From positions 35,718,155 through 35,782,154 of the forward strand of contig NC_068982.1 of assembly GCF_001194135.2 (NCBI RefSeq): 64,000 bases of DNA, in the 5' to 3' direction. The notes under the pieces are model-generated. The model was not told the origin of the DNA. It saw only the letters and a program-made list of their open reading frames with translations, and made no database searches. The first letter of the stretch is position 1; each line of letters opens with the position of its first letter. Made by a program: the position numbers and the translations under genes. This stretch comes from Octopus bimaculoides. Taxonomy: Eukaryota. Positions 1 through 10,588 of this stretch are shown piece by piece.

Positions 1-172
1 AATGTTTAGTAGCATTTTGTACATCTCTATGCTTTGAGTTCAAATTCTGCTGAGCTCCACTTTGCCTTTTATCCTTTCAGGATCTATAAAATAAGTACCA
101 GTTGTCACTGGGGTCAATGTAATCGACTTGCCCCCCCCCCCAACCTTGCTGGCCTTGTACCAAAATTTGAAA

Positions 173-219
<47 letters not shown>

Positions 220-464
220 TTCATTATTAAGGCAACAAACTCTCAGAACCATTAAGCATGCCAGGTAAAATGCTTAGAGGCATTTAGTCTGTCTCTACAT
301 TCTGAGTTCAAATTCCACCATGGTTGACTTTGTCTTTCATCCTTCCAGGGTCAATAAAATAAGTACCAGTTGAACACTGGGGGTCGATGTAATCAACTTG
401 TCCCCTTCCCTAAAATCGCTGGCCTATGCTGAAATTTTAAATTATTATTATTATTATTTTTCAG

Positions 465-581
465 ATTTGAATGAATGTTTGGGTGAGGGAGATGGCCATA
501 CTTGCCATCCAAGCACTAAGTGCTATAATACTGATGGCAGCTATGAATGTCGTTGTAAATACAAGGATGACTGCTCTCACG
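465..581 (+). CDS. NELL: NELL-like protein, internal exon: calcium-binding EGF-like domain (DLNECLGEGDGHTCHPSTKCYNTDGSYECRCKYKDDCSH)
   Basis: Acceptor tttttcag at 457-464 and donor G|gtaatt at 582; phase 1/1. The D-x-N-E-C...C-x-N-x-x-G-S-Y-x-C-x-C pattern resembles the last EGF of NELL1/2. Upstream exons lie left of the window. Confidence 0.92.
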
Positions 582-759
582 GTAATTAAAATTCATATTT
601 ATTTTTTAATTGTTTCGTTAAGGATTTCACCTGAAATCATAGTATTGAAATTACTATTGTTATATTTCTTGGTAATTAAAACACTCGTTATGTATAATCA
701 CTTATGTATTACGCTGATTTGATTAATGACTGTACCAAATTCCTTAAGGCATTAATCTG

Positions 760-965
760 AGAACAGTAGTAGTAGTAGTAGTAGTCACTGCCGCCGCCGT
801 CGTCATTGCAGCAGCAGCGGCAGTGGCAGTAACATCTCCACCACCACCACTTTTACTACTGCTACTATTGCAATTATACTGGCAGCAGTGATAGTTGTAG
901 TAGCAGCAGTAGTTATTCTGCTTGTTGTTGTCGTCCATTATTATCACTATTACTATTATTGTCAC
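760..965. repeat. Compound trinucleotide microsatellite (GTA/GCA/GCC/CCA/TTG)
   Basis: Runs of gta, gca, cca and ttg; similar tracts at about 50456-50545 and 57720-57910. Confidence 0.9.
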
Positions 966-2542
966 TATTTAGCTCAAACTTTTTCTTATCAGGCTGACCT
1001 ATAGGTCAGCCTGATTAGAGCTGGCTTGAGCTCTAGCCATGCCATTTTAGGGACATTGACAGCTACATTACCCCAATGTATTTTTTCCATATTTAAAATT
1101 ATAGAGTGTTTTGAAGCCTATTTGGCTGCTATTTCTAACAAGTTGAGCAACTGAGTAGAGGCTTCCCTCATTGACTTACAGTTGTGTTTTTCTTTGGGAG
1201 TAACAAAAGAAGATGGTATAATATTTTAAGTTTCTTAGGTGTAATGTCTGCGTATTAATGTTGTTGTTCTTTAGCCAAAGGGTCAGTTATGAGCAAACCA
1301 TCGTTTTTAAGGTGAGGCATACATCAGAGACAACAAATTGGTTGAATTATTAAACTGTCATGCAGTATTTGTTTTTGCCCCTCTACATCCTGAGTTCAAA
1401 TCTCACCAAGGTCAATGTAGCTTGCTTTTCATGCTTCAAGCCAGTCAGTAAATTGGTAGAGTTGTTAAAGTGTCATACAAAATAAATTGCTGCATTTGAT
1501 CCTGTTCTTTATGTTGTAATTCCAGAGATTTCAATGTTGTGATTGTATTTTTTGAATGACATTGTAGGGAAGGTGTGAGAGGTCATAAAACAGGTAGAAT
1601 ATTTGGGCCGGATATGGCCAGTTTAAATGCTAAAGTGTGTTATTTGAGAGAGATTTGATTGTTATTTCTGGCTCATCTATTCATGTCAAACCCTCCAACC
1701 CATGCCAGCATGGAAAAAAGGACGTTAGGTGATGATGGTGATGATGATGACGACGACAACGATGATATATACCCAGTCTGGTTTTCTTCTCATAAAACTT
1801 ATTTAGCTATCTGAGATATGTTAGAATAAAAAGCAGATTTACTACTATGAGATTTGGGCATGTAATTCGTAGACATTTGACCAATTTGCCAACTTGAATA
1901 AATAAAATGTGTGAGGAATAGAGGGTTAGTTTATGTGATATTCTGAAATTGGAGGAATCAATGATTGAAATATACAATTGATGCAAATCCTTCTTAAATC
2001 AATAATAAATACAAAATCAACTGAACATTAGCATGAAGTGTCAAAAGAGATTGATAGTTGATTTCTGTAGATGTTCAATTTTTGTGGAGCTTGCAGCTAA
2101 CTCTACTCTAAGCTCTGAGTATGAAATCTGTAAATTAATTCATAAATGGTTTATCCAGCTGCAGAGAAATATCTCCTATTCCCTTAGATTCTATGGGAAC
2201 TAGGATAAGCTTCCTTGCAATGAGGCTAAATATATATATTTGTCTTAGGTTGAATATATACATAGATTCTGTGGTGTGTTACATAATTATTTTCATACAT
2301 TTACCACCAAGATTATATTATCGAAGGCAATCCAATCCAACTAGACCAAAATTACAAAGCTTCATTGTCAGGCCCACACACTTTCCTGACAGTTCATCAT
2401 CATCATTTTAACATCAATTTTCCATGCTAGCATGTGTTGGACAGGTTGACAAGAGCTGATAAAGCCAGGGGCTGTACCCGGATCCATTATAACATCAAAT
2501 TTATTTTAGAACAATTTAAACACATATATATATAATATTATA

Positions 2543-2584
<42 letters not shown>

Positions 2585-2586
<2 letters not shown>

Positions 2587-2985
2587 TGCAGGAGTGGCTG
2601 TGTGGTAAGTAGCTTGTTTACCAACCACATGGTTCCGGGTTCAGTCCCACTGCGTGGCACCTTGGGCAAGTGTTTTCTACTATAGCCTCAGGCCAGCCAA
2701 ATCCTTGTGAGTGGGTTTGGTAGACGAAACCTGAAAGAACCCCGTCGTATATATGTATGTGTGTGTATATGTTTGTGTGTCTGTGTTTGTCCTCCCAACA
2801 TCGCTTGACAACCGATGGTGGTGTGTTTACGTCCCCGTAACTTAGAGGCTTGGGAAAAGAGACCAATAGAATAAGTACCAGGCTTACAAAGAATAAGTCC
2901 TGGGGCCAATTTGCTCGACTAAAGGCGATACTCCACCATGGCCGCAGTCAAATGACTGAAACAAGTAAAAGAATAAAGAGAATAT
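2585..2985 (+). mobile_element. tRNA-derived SINE, family B (representative full copy)
   Basis: tRNA-like head (tggctgtgtggtaag...ggttcagtccc), central accttgggcaagtgt(c/t)ttctactatagcc, internal (TG/TA)n, 3' end gactgaaacaagtaaaaga. Further copies at about 11600-11720(+), 13290-13610(-), 13791-14190(+), 14848-15270(-), 31885-32225(-), 32800-33210(-), 33700-34190(-), 40585-41015(+), 42650-42810(-), 50745-51545(-) and 57300-57700(+). Confidence 0.85.
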
Positions 2986-3014
2986 AATATAATATGTATG
3001 TATATATATATATC

Positions 3015-3170
3015 ATCATCATCATCATCATCATCGTTTATCGTCCGCTTTCCATGCTAGCATGGGTTGGACGATTTGACTGAGGACTGGTGCAACCGGA
3101 TGGCTACACCAAGCTCCAATCTAAATTTGGCAGAGTTTCTACAGCTGGATGCCCTTCCTAACGCCAACAC
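3015..3170 (-). mobile_element. SINE/non-LTR 3' end, family C, with (GAT)n tail
   Basis: (cat)n followed by cgtccgctttccatgctagcatgggttggac...ggatgcccttcctaacgccaac. Related copies at about 4045-4230, 5494-5755, 11740-11965 and 34200-34400, and in the opposite orientation at 13080-13305, 15955-16175 and 38200-38400. Confidence 0.8.
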
Positions 3171-4749
3171 ACACACACATTAATACAGAATTAATTAACT
3201 CACATACTGTATAGCATGTTAAATAATTATTCTCTACAGCAGATATTCTAGCTCAGCAGATATAACAGATAGTTTATATTCATTTATTATGGACGTTAGT
3301 GATCAATAATTTTATTTATAATAATTATAATAAATGAGATGTAACTGGGAAGATCAATTCACAACTGCCAGCCTTACTTACTTTTCTTTGAACTGAAGAC
3401 ACAAAGTGTTGGTGTGATATTTTCAAAGATTTTGAGCAGTCTGATTCCTCTAGTTTTATTGTTATTGTTGTTGTTGTTGTTGTTATTGTTTAGATCCAGC
3501 AGATTTATCTTCAAAAGCATTTCAGCCATGACTAAACTGTCTTTTATTCAGGAATAGTGTATCTAGGACTATATTACTACATTAGCCAATGTATCTTTTC
3601 TAGGTTTTTTTTTTTAAACTGCACAGTGTAATTTGAGGGAGGTTTTGGCTGCTGTTTCTTGCAGAATGAGTGACCACATACAGACTTCCTCATTGGTTTG
3701 CTATCTATATATTATACAGTACTGTCTTTCTCCACTCTGGTTAGTTCTTTCATGGCATCACTCCAGCAAGTAATTTCTTTCCATATCCTGGTATTAATGG
3801 CAACTGAGATTATACATACATGTGTCTGTTTTGTTTTGTTGTTTGTTTGTTTTTATGTACAAGGCTGATTTCTTTATTTTGGAAACTACAAAATACAAAC
3901 ACATAATTAATGTCTTTTAGATAGTAGATAAATATTTAGTAACATTTTTAAATAGAAATACATGCCAATTCTCCCAACACATACACACGGATACATACAT
4001 GTATGCATGCAGACAGACAGGTGGTCATAAACATATCTTCATAATCATTTAACGTCCACTTTCCATGCTAGCATGGGTTAGGCAATTTGACAGGATCTGG
4101 CAAGCTGCAAGGCCACACCAAGCTCCTCTGTTTGCTTTGGTATGATTTCTATGGTTGGATATCCTTCCTAAGGTCAACCACTTTACAGAGTGTACTGGGA
4201 GCTTTTTTTTTTTTTTTGTGCCACCAGCTCTAGTGAGGTTACCAAGTATTTTGCCCAATAGAAAAAGATTAGGGAAAAATGAAATAGGAGAAGCAGGAGA
4301 GCTCCTATTACTACATAACATGTATAAGATGTCCAATAATTAACTATTTATTTCAGTGAAATGAGACAAATTTTTAAAAACTCACTTTTATGTTTATCAT
4401 GTTTAATATGTGTTAAAGTGTATAAATTTTTAATTTTGTTAATAATTTTTTTTTTTTATAATTTTATTTTCATTCCTATTGAATCCCACTTTTCTGTCCA
4501 CAACACCTTTTTTTTTTTTTTTTTTTTTTTTCAATTTGGCTGGAATCATTTTCTCAACCTTCATNNNNNNNNNNNNNNNNNNNNNNNNNNNNNNNNNNNN
4601 NNNNNNNNNNNNNNNNNNNNNNNNNNNNNNNNNNNNNNNNNNNNNNNNNNNNNNNNNNNNNNNNNNNNNNNNNNNNNNTTTTTTTTTTTTTTTTTTTTTT
4701 TTCAATTTGGCTGGAATCATTTTCTCAACCTTCATCCCCAGGAAGAAGC

Positions 4750-5019
4750 GATAGTTTAGCTGAACTTAAAGAACACATTCAGTTAACAATGCAGGAGATA
4801 ACTCCTGAAAGACTTCATGATGTGCTTCACAACACTAAGGATAAATTTGAAATTTGCAAGGATACAGATGGAGCACATGTTGAAAATTTTCAATAGTTTT
4901 GACATAAGATTTATAAATCTATTTGTTTTGGTATCATAATTAAATAATAAAACTCTGTCAGTTTTTTATAAAATTTGACCAATTACATTGAAATAGATAG
5001 CTAATTCTGGGACACTGTA
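4750..5019 (+). mobile_element. 3' remnant of a Tc1/mariner-superfamily DNA transposon
   Basis: 4750-4896 reads DSLAELKEHIQLTMQEITPERLHDVLHNTKDKFEICKDTDGAHVENFQ*, typical of Tc1-like transposase C-termini (C-x-x-x-x-G-x-H-x-E). The segment ends in a TIR-like ctgggacactgta. Confidence 0.6.
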
Positions 5020-5161
5020 TTTGGCAGGGAAAAGTAGTTTTGTGCTAGGTGTTGAAATACTAAAGGGACAAGTACAGGTGTCTTGATAATTTTACTTACA
5101 TTTTTGTATCCTTCTCACAAGTTTGCTTTTACATATTATTACTGTATATTTATCTTTATAG

Positions 5162-5244
5162 GTTGTATATTTGAAGGGTATTACCATGAAAACAATTCCA
5201 GATGGATTTCTGAAATTGATGTGTGCTCAGATTGTAGTTGCAAA
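5162..5244 (+). CDS. NELL: NELL-like exon: start of a VWC domain (GCIFEGYYHENNSRWISEIDVCSDCSCK)
   Basis: Acceptor ttatctttatag and donor AAA|gtaagt; phase 1/0; joins in frame to the 465-581 exon. C-x-x-C-x-C VWC motif with an upstream W. Confidence 0.92.
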
Positions 5245-5305
5245 GTAAGTTAAAATTAACCACTCCTTACCTTCTTTCACCTTTGATTATAACAGTGTTG
5301 TTGTT

Positions 5306-5921
5306 CAGTTCTATATTTAAGAGATGAGGAATTATGTACATTATTTACATTCGACAGATATTTGTCCTCATCTTGTTTGTTGTTAACACAACGTTTCGGC
5401 TGATATACCCACGGGCATATGGCATAGTGGTTAAGAGCACGGGCTACTAACCCCAAGATTCCAAGTTCGATTCCAAGCAGTGACTTGAACAATATCATCA
5501 TCATCATCATCATCGTTTAACGTCCGCTTTCCATGCTAGCATGGGTTGGACGATTTGACTGAGGACTGGTGAAACCAGATGGCTATACCAGGCTCCAATC
5601 TGATTTGGCAGAGTTTCTACAGCTGGATGCCCTTCCTAACGCCAACCACTCAGAGAGTGTAGTGGGTGCTTTTACGTGCCACCAGCACGAAGGCCAGTCA
5701 GGCGGTACTGGTAACAGCCACGTTCAAAATGGTGTATTTTATGTGCCACCCGCTCAAAAACAATAATAATAATAATAACATCGAAAAAAAAATACCTTGG
5801 GAATAAGAACCCAGGTTCGAAATTTCCCCAAGACACCTGAAGAAGGCTGAAGGGTATATCAGCCAAAACATTGTGTCAACAACAAACAAGATGGGAATAA
5901 ATATTCAACAAATGTAAATAA
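5306..5921 (+). mobile_element. Composite Penelope-like non-autonomous element: inverted tail copy, tRNA-like head, (AAT)n, hammerhead-bearing tail; interrupted by a family C SINE
   Basis: 5340-5410 is an inverted copy of 5852-5921 (about 59/70 identical by eye). A box TGGCATAGTGG at 5420-5430 and B box AGTTCGATTCC at 5464-5474. Hammerhead remnant at 5832-5877. Confidence 0.6.
5832..5877 (+). ncRNA. Degenerate type I hammerhead ribozyme
   Basis: Stem I GACAC/GTGTC, core CTGAAGA plus A, stem II GGCTGA/TCAGCC, then AAAA-CA-TT instead of GAAA-CG-TT. The inverted partner copy (5385-5410) keeps GAAACGTT. Confidence 0.65.
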
Positions 5922-5954
5922 AGTGTTGTTGTTGTTACTATTATTGTCATGTGC

Positions 5955-6140
5955 CCACAGGTCATCTTTTAAAGCATCTTTTAAATAAAACTTATCTAAT
6001 TAACCCATTATTTTGGGTTTTTTTTTACATCCATGCCCCCTTTTGGCCACCCCATTATCACTCCACTTTCTTCCAATGTGCCCTGAATCTTTCCACTGCC
6101 CCCAAGGGAGCAATACTGCCCACTTTGGGAACCACTGTTT
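5955..6140. mobile_element. Probable hAT-type MITE remnant
   Basis: Ends in gcccccaagggagcaatactgcccactttgggaaccactg, resembling Charlie-like subterminal/terminal sequence. A similar class of remnant lies at 24868-25055 (cagtgttccacaacc...ggcacacc). Confidence 0.4.
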
Positions 6141-6179
6141 TAAAATATTTCTCAGACTACATTAACCTAATGAGTTCAT

Positions 6180-6216
<37 letters not shown>

Positions 6217-6399
6217 TTAAGTGATCAGAACAGTTTTAGACCAACGATGTTTCAGGCACTGGCAAGCTTTACTTCCTCCCTGGTTATCCTCAAAATTGTG
6301 GCCAGTGGTACCCAGAAAATAACAATAGCAGCCATGATCTGTTGTTGTCTTAGCTTTAACTTAAGCCTTTTGTTCCCTGTGGAGCATAGGATGTCAATG

Positions 6400-7077
6400 A
6401 CTTATTTCCACAAAGTCAGCAGTTTTAAGGGAGCTCAAAGTTAATCAGATAAATTGATCTCAGTACTAGAGTAGTGCTTTAGTTTATCAACCCCGAAGGG
6501 ATGAAAGGTAAAGTTAACTTTAGCTGAATTTTGAACTCAGGATATATTGAGTCTTAACCACAAAAATCTTTTGTCTGATGTTCTGATGATTCTGCCAATG
6601 CAATCATAATATAAAATTGATTTCAAATTCTGGCACAAGTCGATCTATTTTAGGTGAGGGGTTAAGTGGATTACATCAACTCCAGTGCTCAACCAGTATT
6701 TACTTTATTCACCACCCCACCAAAAGAATGAAAGGCAAAGTTGAACACAGAACATAAAGACAGATGAAATGCTGCAAAGCATTTTGCCCAATGTGATAAC
6801 AATTCTGCCAGTTTACTGCCTTCAATCGTAATATTATTTTGATTTCAAATTTTGGCACAAGGCCAGCAATTTCGGGGGTGGGGTGTAAGTCGATTACATC
6901 GCATCCTTAGTGTTCACTTCGTACTTATTTTATCGAGTCCAAAAGGATGAAAACCAAAGTCGACCTTGGCAGAATTTGAACTCAGAACATAAAGATAATG
7001 CCATGAAGCATTTTTCCCAGCATGCTCACAATTCTGCCAGCTCGCCACCTTCAATCATAATATAATATTGAAAATTT
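6400..7077 (-). mobile_element. Three head-to-tail family A SINE units
   Basis: Each unit has the reverse complement of the gagttcaaatt B box and the gcctttcatcc...aagtaccag body; units are separated by a shared caatc(a/g)taatat spacer. Confidence 0.8.
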
Positions 7078-7125
7078 AAATGCAACTCCCATTACTTAAA
7101 ATGTTTTTTATTTTTTTGTTTACAG

Positions 7126-7296
7126 CGTGGCGTAGTTAAATGTCACCAAAGGGAATGTGACTGTAGTAAGAGGAAAATTAACTACTCCTGCTGTCCACAC
7201 TGTGCTGAAAAAAGAAGTTGTCCACATCAAGAACACTCATTAAAAATGTCACATGGGCAAAAATGGGTGTATGAGTGCCAGACGTGTGAATGTTTA
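7126..7296 (+). CDS. NELL: NELL-like exon: end of one VWC and start of the next (RGVVKCHQRECDCSKRKINYSCCPHC...KWVYECQTCECL)
   Basis: Acceptor ttttgtttacag and donor TTA|gtaagt; 171 nt, phase 0/0. CCPxC and CxxCxC motifs in the NELL order. Confidence 0.93.
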
Positions 7297-8148
7297 GTAA
7301 GTATTGTTTGTTTTTTTTTACTTTTGAGTTTTATTGTATTTTTAATGCCATTCCATTTTGTTTATTTTAAACCAGAATTTATATATTACTTTTATTTCAT
7401 CATCATACTTGAAATAGAAGAGTATTGCCAGTAATTTAAGTAGGTCCCTTCCCCTCCAATCTGAATGGTAAGGGTTGAGAATGAGTGAGATTGGAATTTG
7501 AACAGCTAAAAGTGAGGAGACTTTGGGTGTTATGTTGGGCTGCTGAACTTGAAAAAAGAATTAATTGATAAGTTTGTTGCTGATTTAAAGATAGAAAGAA
7601 ATGTGTTCATCTTACTGGTTTTTAATTTGAAATTAAATGAAATCAAAATGACTAGTAACTCTCTCCTTATAAATGTTGGATCGTTACCATAAGTCCATCT
7701 CCTTAAAGTGTGGTAATAACATATTAGTCTAGCTGTCACCACCCATAACATGAAGCAGAGAAAAATCAATATATACAGGAGCCTGGTCGGCTGCTGTCAG
7801 TTTGTGCTGGTCGCTGTCAAGACATCAGGTGTCCTAGGACCCTATATTACTGATTTCCTTCACAGAATAGAGATAAGGTGGGCCCACTGGAAAAATGGAC
7901 TCCAGAAAGTGGAGTGGCTATGAAGTGTCACTGGCCATTCTCCTCAGCAATGCCATCGTGGTCATTAAGATACGGTGATGGGCCACACATACCAAAAACC
8001 CCACTATTTCCCGCTACTTTACCCCCACACACTTTTCTCTTTTTCCTTTCTTTTTTCCATTTCTTTCTTTTCTTTTCTCATCTCCCTTCTTTCTTGTTTC
8101 TTTATATTTTTACTCTACAGTATAATTGCAGTCTTAAAACAATTTTTG

Positions 8149-8720
8149 GATCTTTTTTAAAACGGGGGCCACATTTTTCATTAACGAAACACTTTGAAAC
8201 TTGGAACACTGGTAGAATGTGTCATATAAAACATCTTTTTCTCTTAGTCTTCTTAAAAAAAAAAGAAATCCATAAGTTATTCCATGTTAAAGTTGTCGTA
8301 TTTCTGTAATTTCAACCAATCACTGACGTCCATTCAGCCGATATACATTAAGTGCCGACTACATAAACAAATGATTCTGAAACAATTAACCCTAACCCTA
8401 ACCCTAACCCTAGGGTTAGGGTTAGGGTTAAAGCAAATTTAAAATGAAAAAAGCAAATAAAACGAAGGTATGGAGATTAAATATGCTTTACATCGCTTAA
8501 TCAGCCAAAGGAGTAAATGTAAACAACTGAATACTTGTCAGTGATTGGTTGAAATTATCGAAATAAGACAATTTTTTACATGAAATAAATTTGAATACAA
8601 AAATATTTTTCTGTTCTATAACACAAAATAGATAAGTATACGAAGTTTGAAAGTCTTTCCGTACCAAAAACACTACGTAAAACATTAATGAAAAATGTGG
8701 CCCCCGTTTTAAAATAGATC
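8149..8720. mobile_element. Foldback/MITE-like element with nested inverted repeats and a central (TAACCC)4-TA-(GGGTTA)3 palindrome
   Basis: Outer IR 8149-8184/8685-8720 (35/36 identical); inner IR 8307-8327/8537-8557 (21/21); telomere-like repeats at 8387-8430. Confidence 0.8.
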
Positions 8721-10353
8721 TCAATTTTTTTTCAAACATCAAATTAGAAATAATTATCAAGCTATTAGCAGTCTCTATAGGGTGCAAATCTTATTCAAGA
8801 TACTAACTCTTGATGAAATATCACAGATCCAAAAACTAAGTGAAATAGCTCAACCAGGAACTGATCTTGTTTTATTGCACAGTCTACTTGCCAGAACCTA
8901 ACTATCAGACTGCAGAGTTTACTATCACTTGACAGAGTTTACACAAACTAATTTTTATCTGACTTGAGAAAAAAATTATGAGTAAAAAATAACACCATCT
9001 GTAGAGAGATTTGAACTATGATGATAGTTTGCTACTGTACTCATTTTGTCTGCCCTAAAAAATGAATTACAAGTGAAAATTGGAGCTCAAAACATATAGA
9101 TAGCCAATGCTGCTAAGCATTTTGTCCAGTGTACTAATGTTTCAGCAGCTCACCACCTTAATAAAATAATAATGATAATAATCCTTTCTACTATAGGCGC
9201 AAGATCTGAACTTTAGGGGAAGGAGATAGTTAATTACATCAACTGGTACTTCTTTTACCCCCAAAAGCATGAAAGGCAAAGTCAAATTTGAACTCAAGGT
9301 TGACTTTGCCTTTCATCCTTCCAGGGTCAATAAAACAGATACCTGCTGAGTACTGAGGTTGATATAATCAACTTACCCCCATCCCCCTGAAATTACTGGC
9401 CTTGTACCAAAATTTGAAACCAATAATAATGATAGTAGTTGAAAGAGATTGGAATAGAATACCCTGTAGAGTTTCTACAGAAAGTTTGCCTCTTAAGGAC
9501 AGGAAAGCTTATCAGGAAGGTTTTAAGCACTTGAAAGACGATTGAAAGCTTGTGAATACCTAAGGTTACAGGTAGTAACCCACTATCCACATAAATTCTA
9601 CCAGGAATAAGAGTGAACTTGAATCAAATCAATAATAATAAAAATCCTTTCTACTATAGGCCAGAAATTTTGAGGAGGAGACAAGTTGATTACTAGTTGA
9701 TTACATTGACCCCAGTGTTTCACTGGTACTTAATTTATCAACCTCGAAAGGATAAAAGGCAAAGTTGACCTCGACTGAATTTGAACTCAGAACATTAAAG
9801 ACAGACGAAATGCCGCAAAGGATTTCGCCCAGGGTGCTAACAACTCTGCCAGCTCACTACTAGTAATAATAATAATAATGCAAAGAAGAGAAAGATTTCT
9901 GTTTCTACATTTTTGTTTTGTTTTGGTTTATTGGATTTTTTTGTGGGGTGGGGGGAGTTTTAAAATATTGTTAGTTGAAATAAACACCAGAATTTGGTAC
10001 CTTGCTTTTTAGAATGTTCTTTAAAGTTTACATTACATCTGCCAGCCATTGTAAGGACCAGGATGGAGGATAGACAGGAATAAATGTAAATAAATAAATA
10101 AACAGTGCTTAGCTAAGTGAATCATTCAAACAATTCTAAAAATGAGTTATCCGTTTCTTCATTCTTTGTCTTCTAGTTTTCTTGAAATATCTAAGCCAGT
10201 TCTTGAGCACTCAAAATAGAAATGGAAGTTGTAGGTTAGCCAAGACCTGTGGCCACAATCCAGCACCTGTGCAAGATACATTACCAGTTTTCAGTGTGCA
10301 TATACTGGCATATACACATGTAAATACATACCTATACACACACATCTGCTTTA

Positions 10354-10403
<50 letters not shown>

Positions 10404-10542
10404 TACATGCATGTATGTATACATATGAGTGTGTGTATATATATGTATGTATGCATGTGTGTATGTATATGTATGTACATACATATATGTATATATAATT
10501 TTTTTCAAATACATAAAGCTACACACACACGCACATATTGTA

Positions 10543-10588
<46 letters not shown>

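Noticed and set aside
4508-4735. Direct duplication flanking an N gap
   Set aside because: Identical sequence on both sides of the gap (4508-4564 and 4679-4735) is typical of unmerged contig overlap.
5411-5485. Functional tRNA gene with an ACT anticodon loop
   Set aside because: A and B boxes are present but no acceptor stem forms; treated as a SINE-type head.
8387-8430. Ancestral telomere fusion site
   Set aside because: The repeat order is CCCTAA then TTAGGG, opposite to a fusion; it is only seven units and is embedded in nested IRs.
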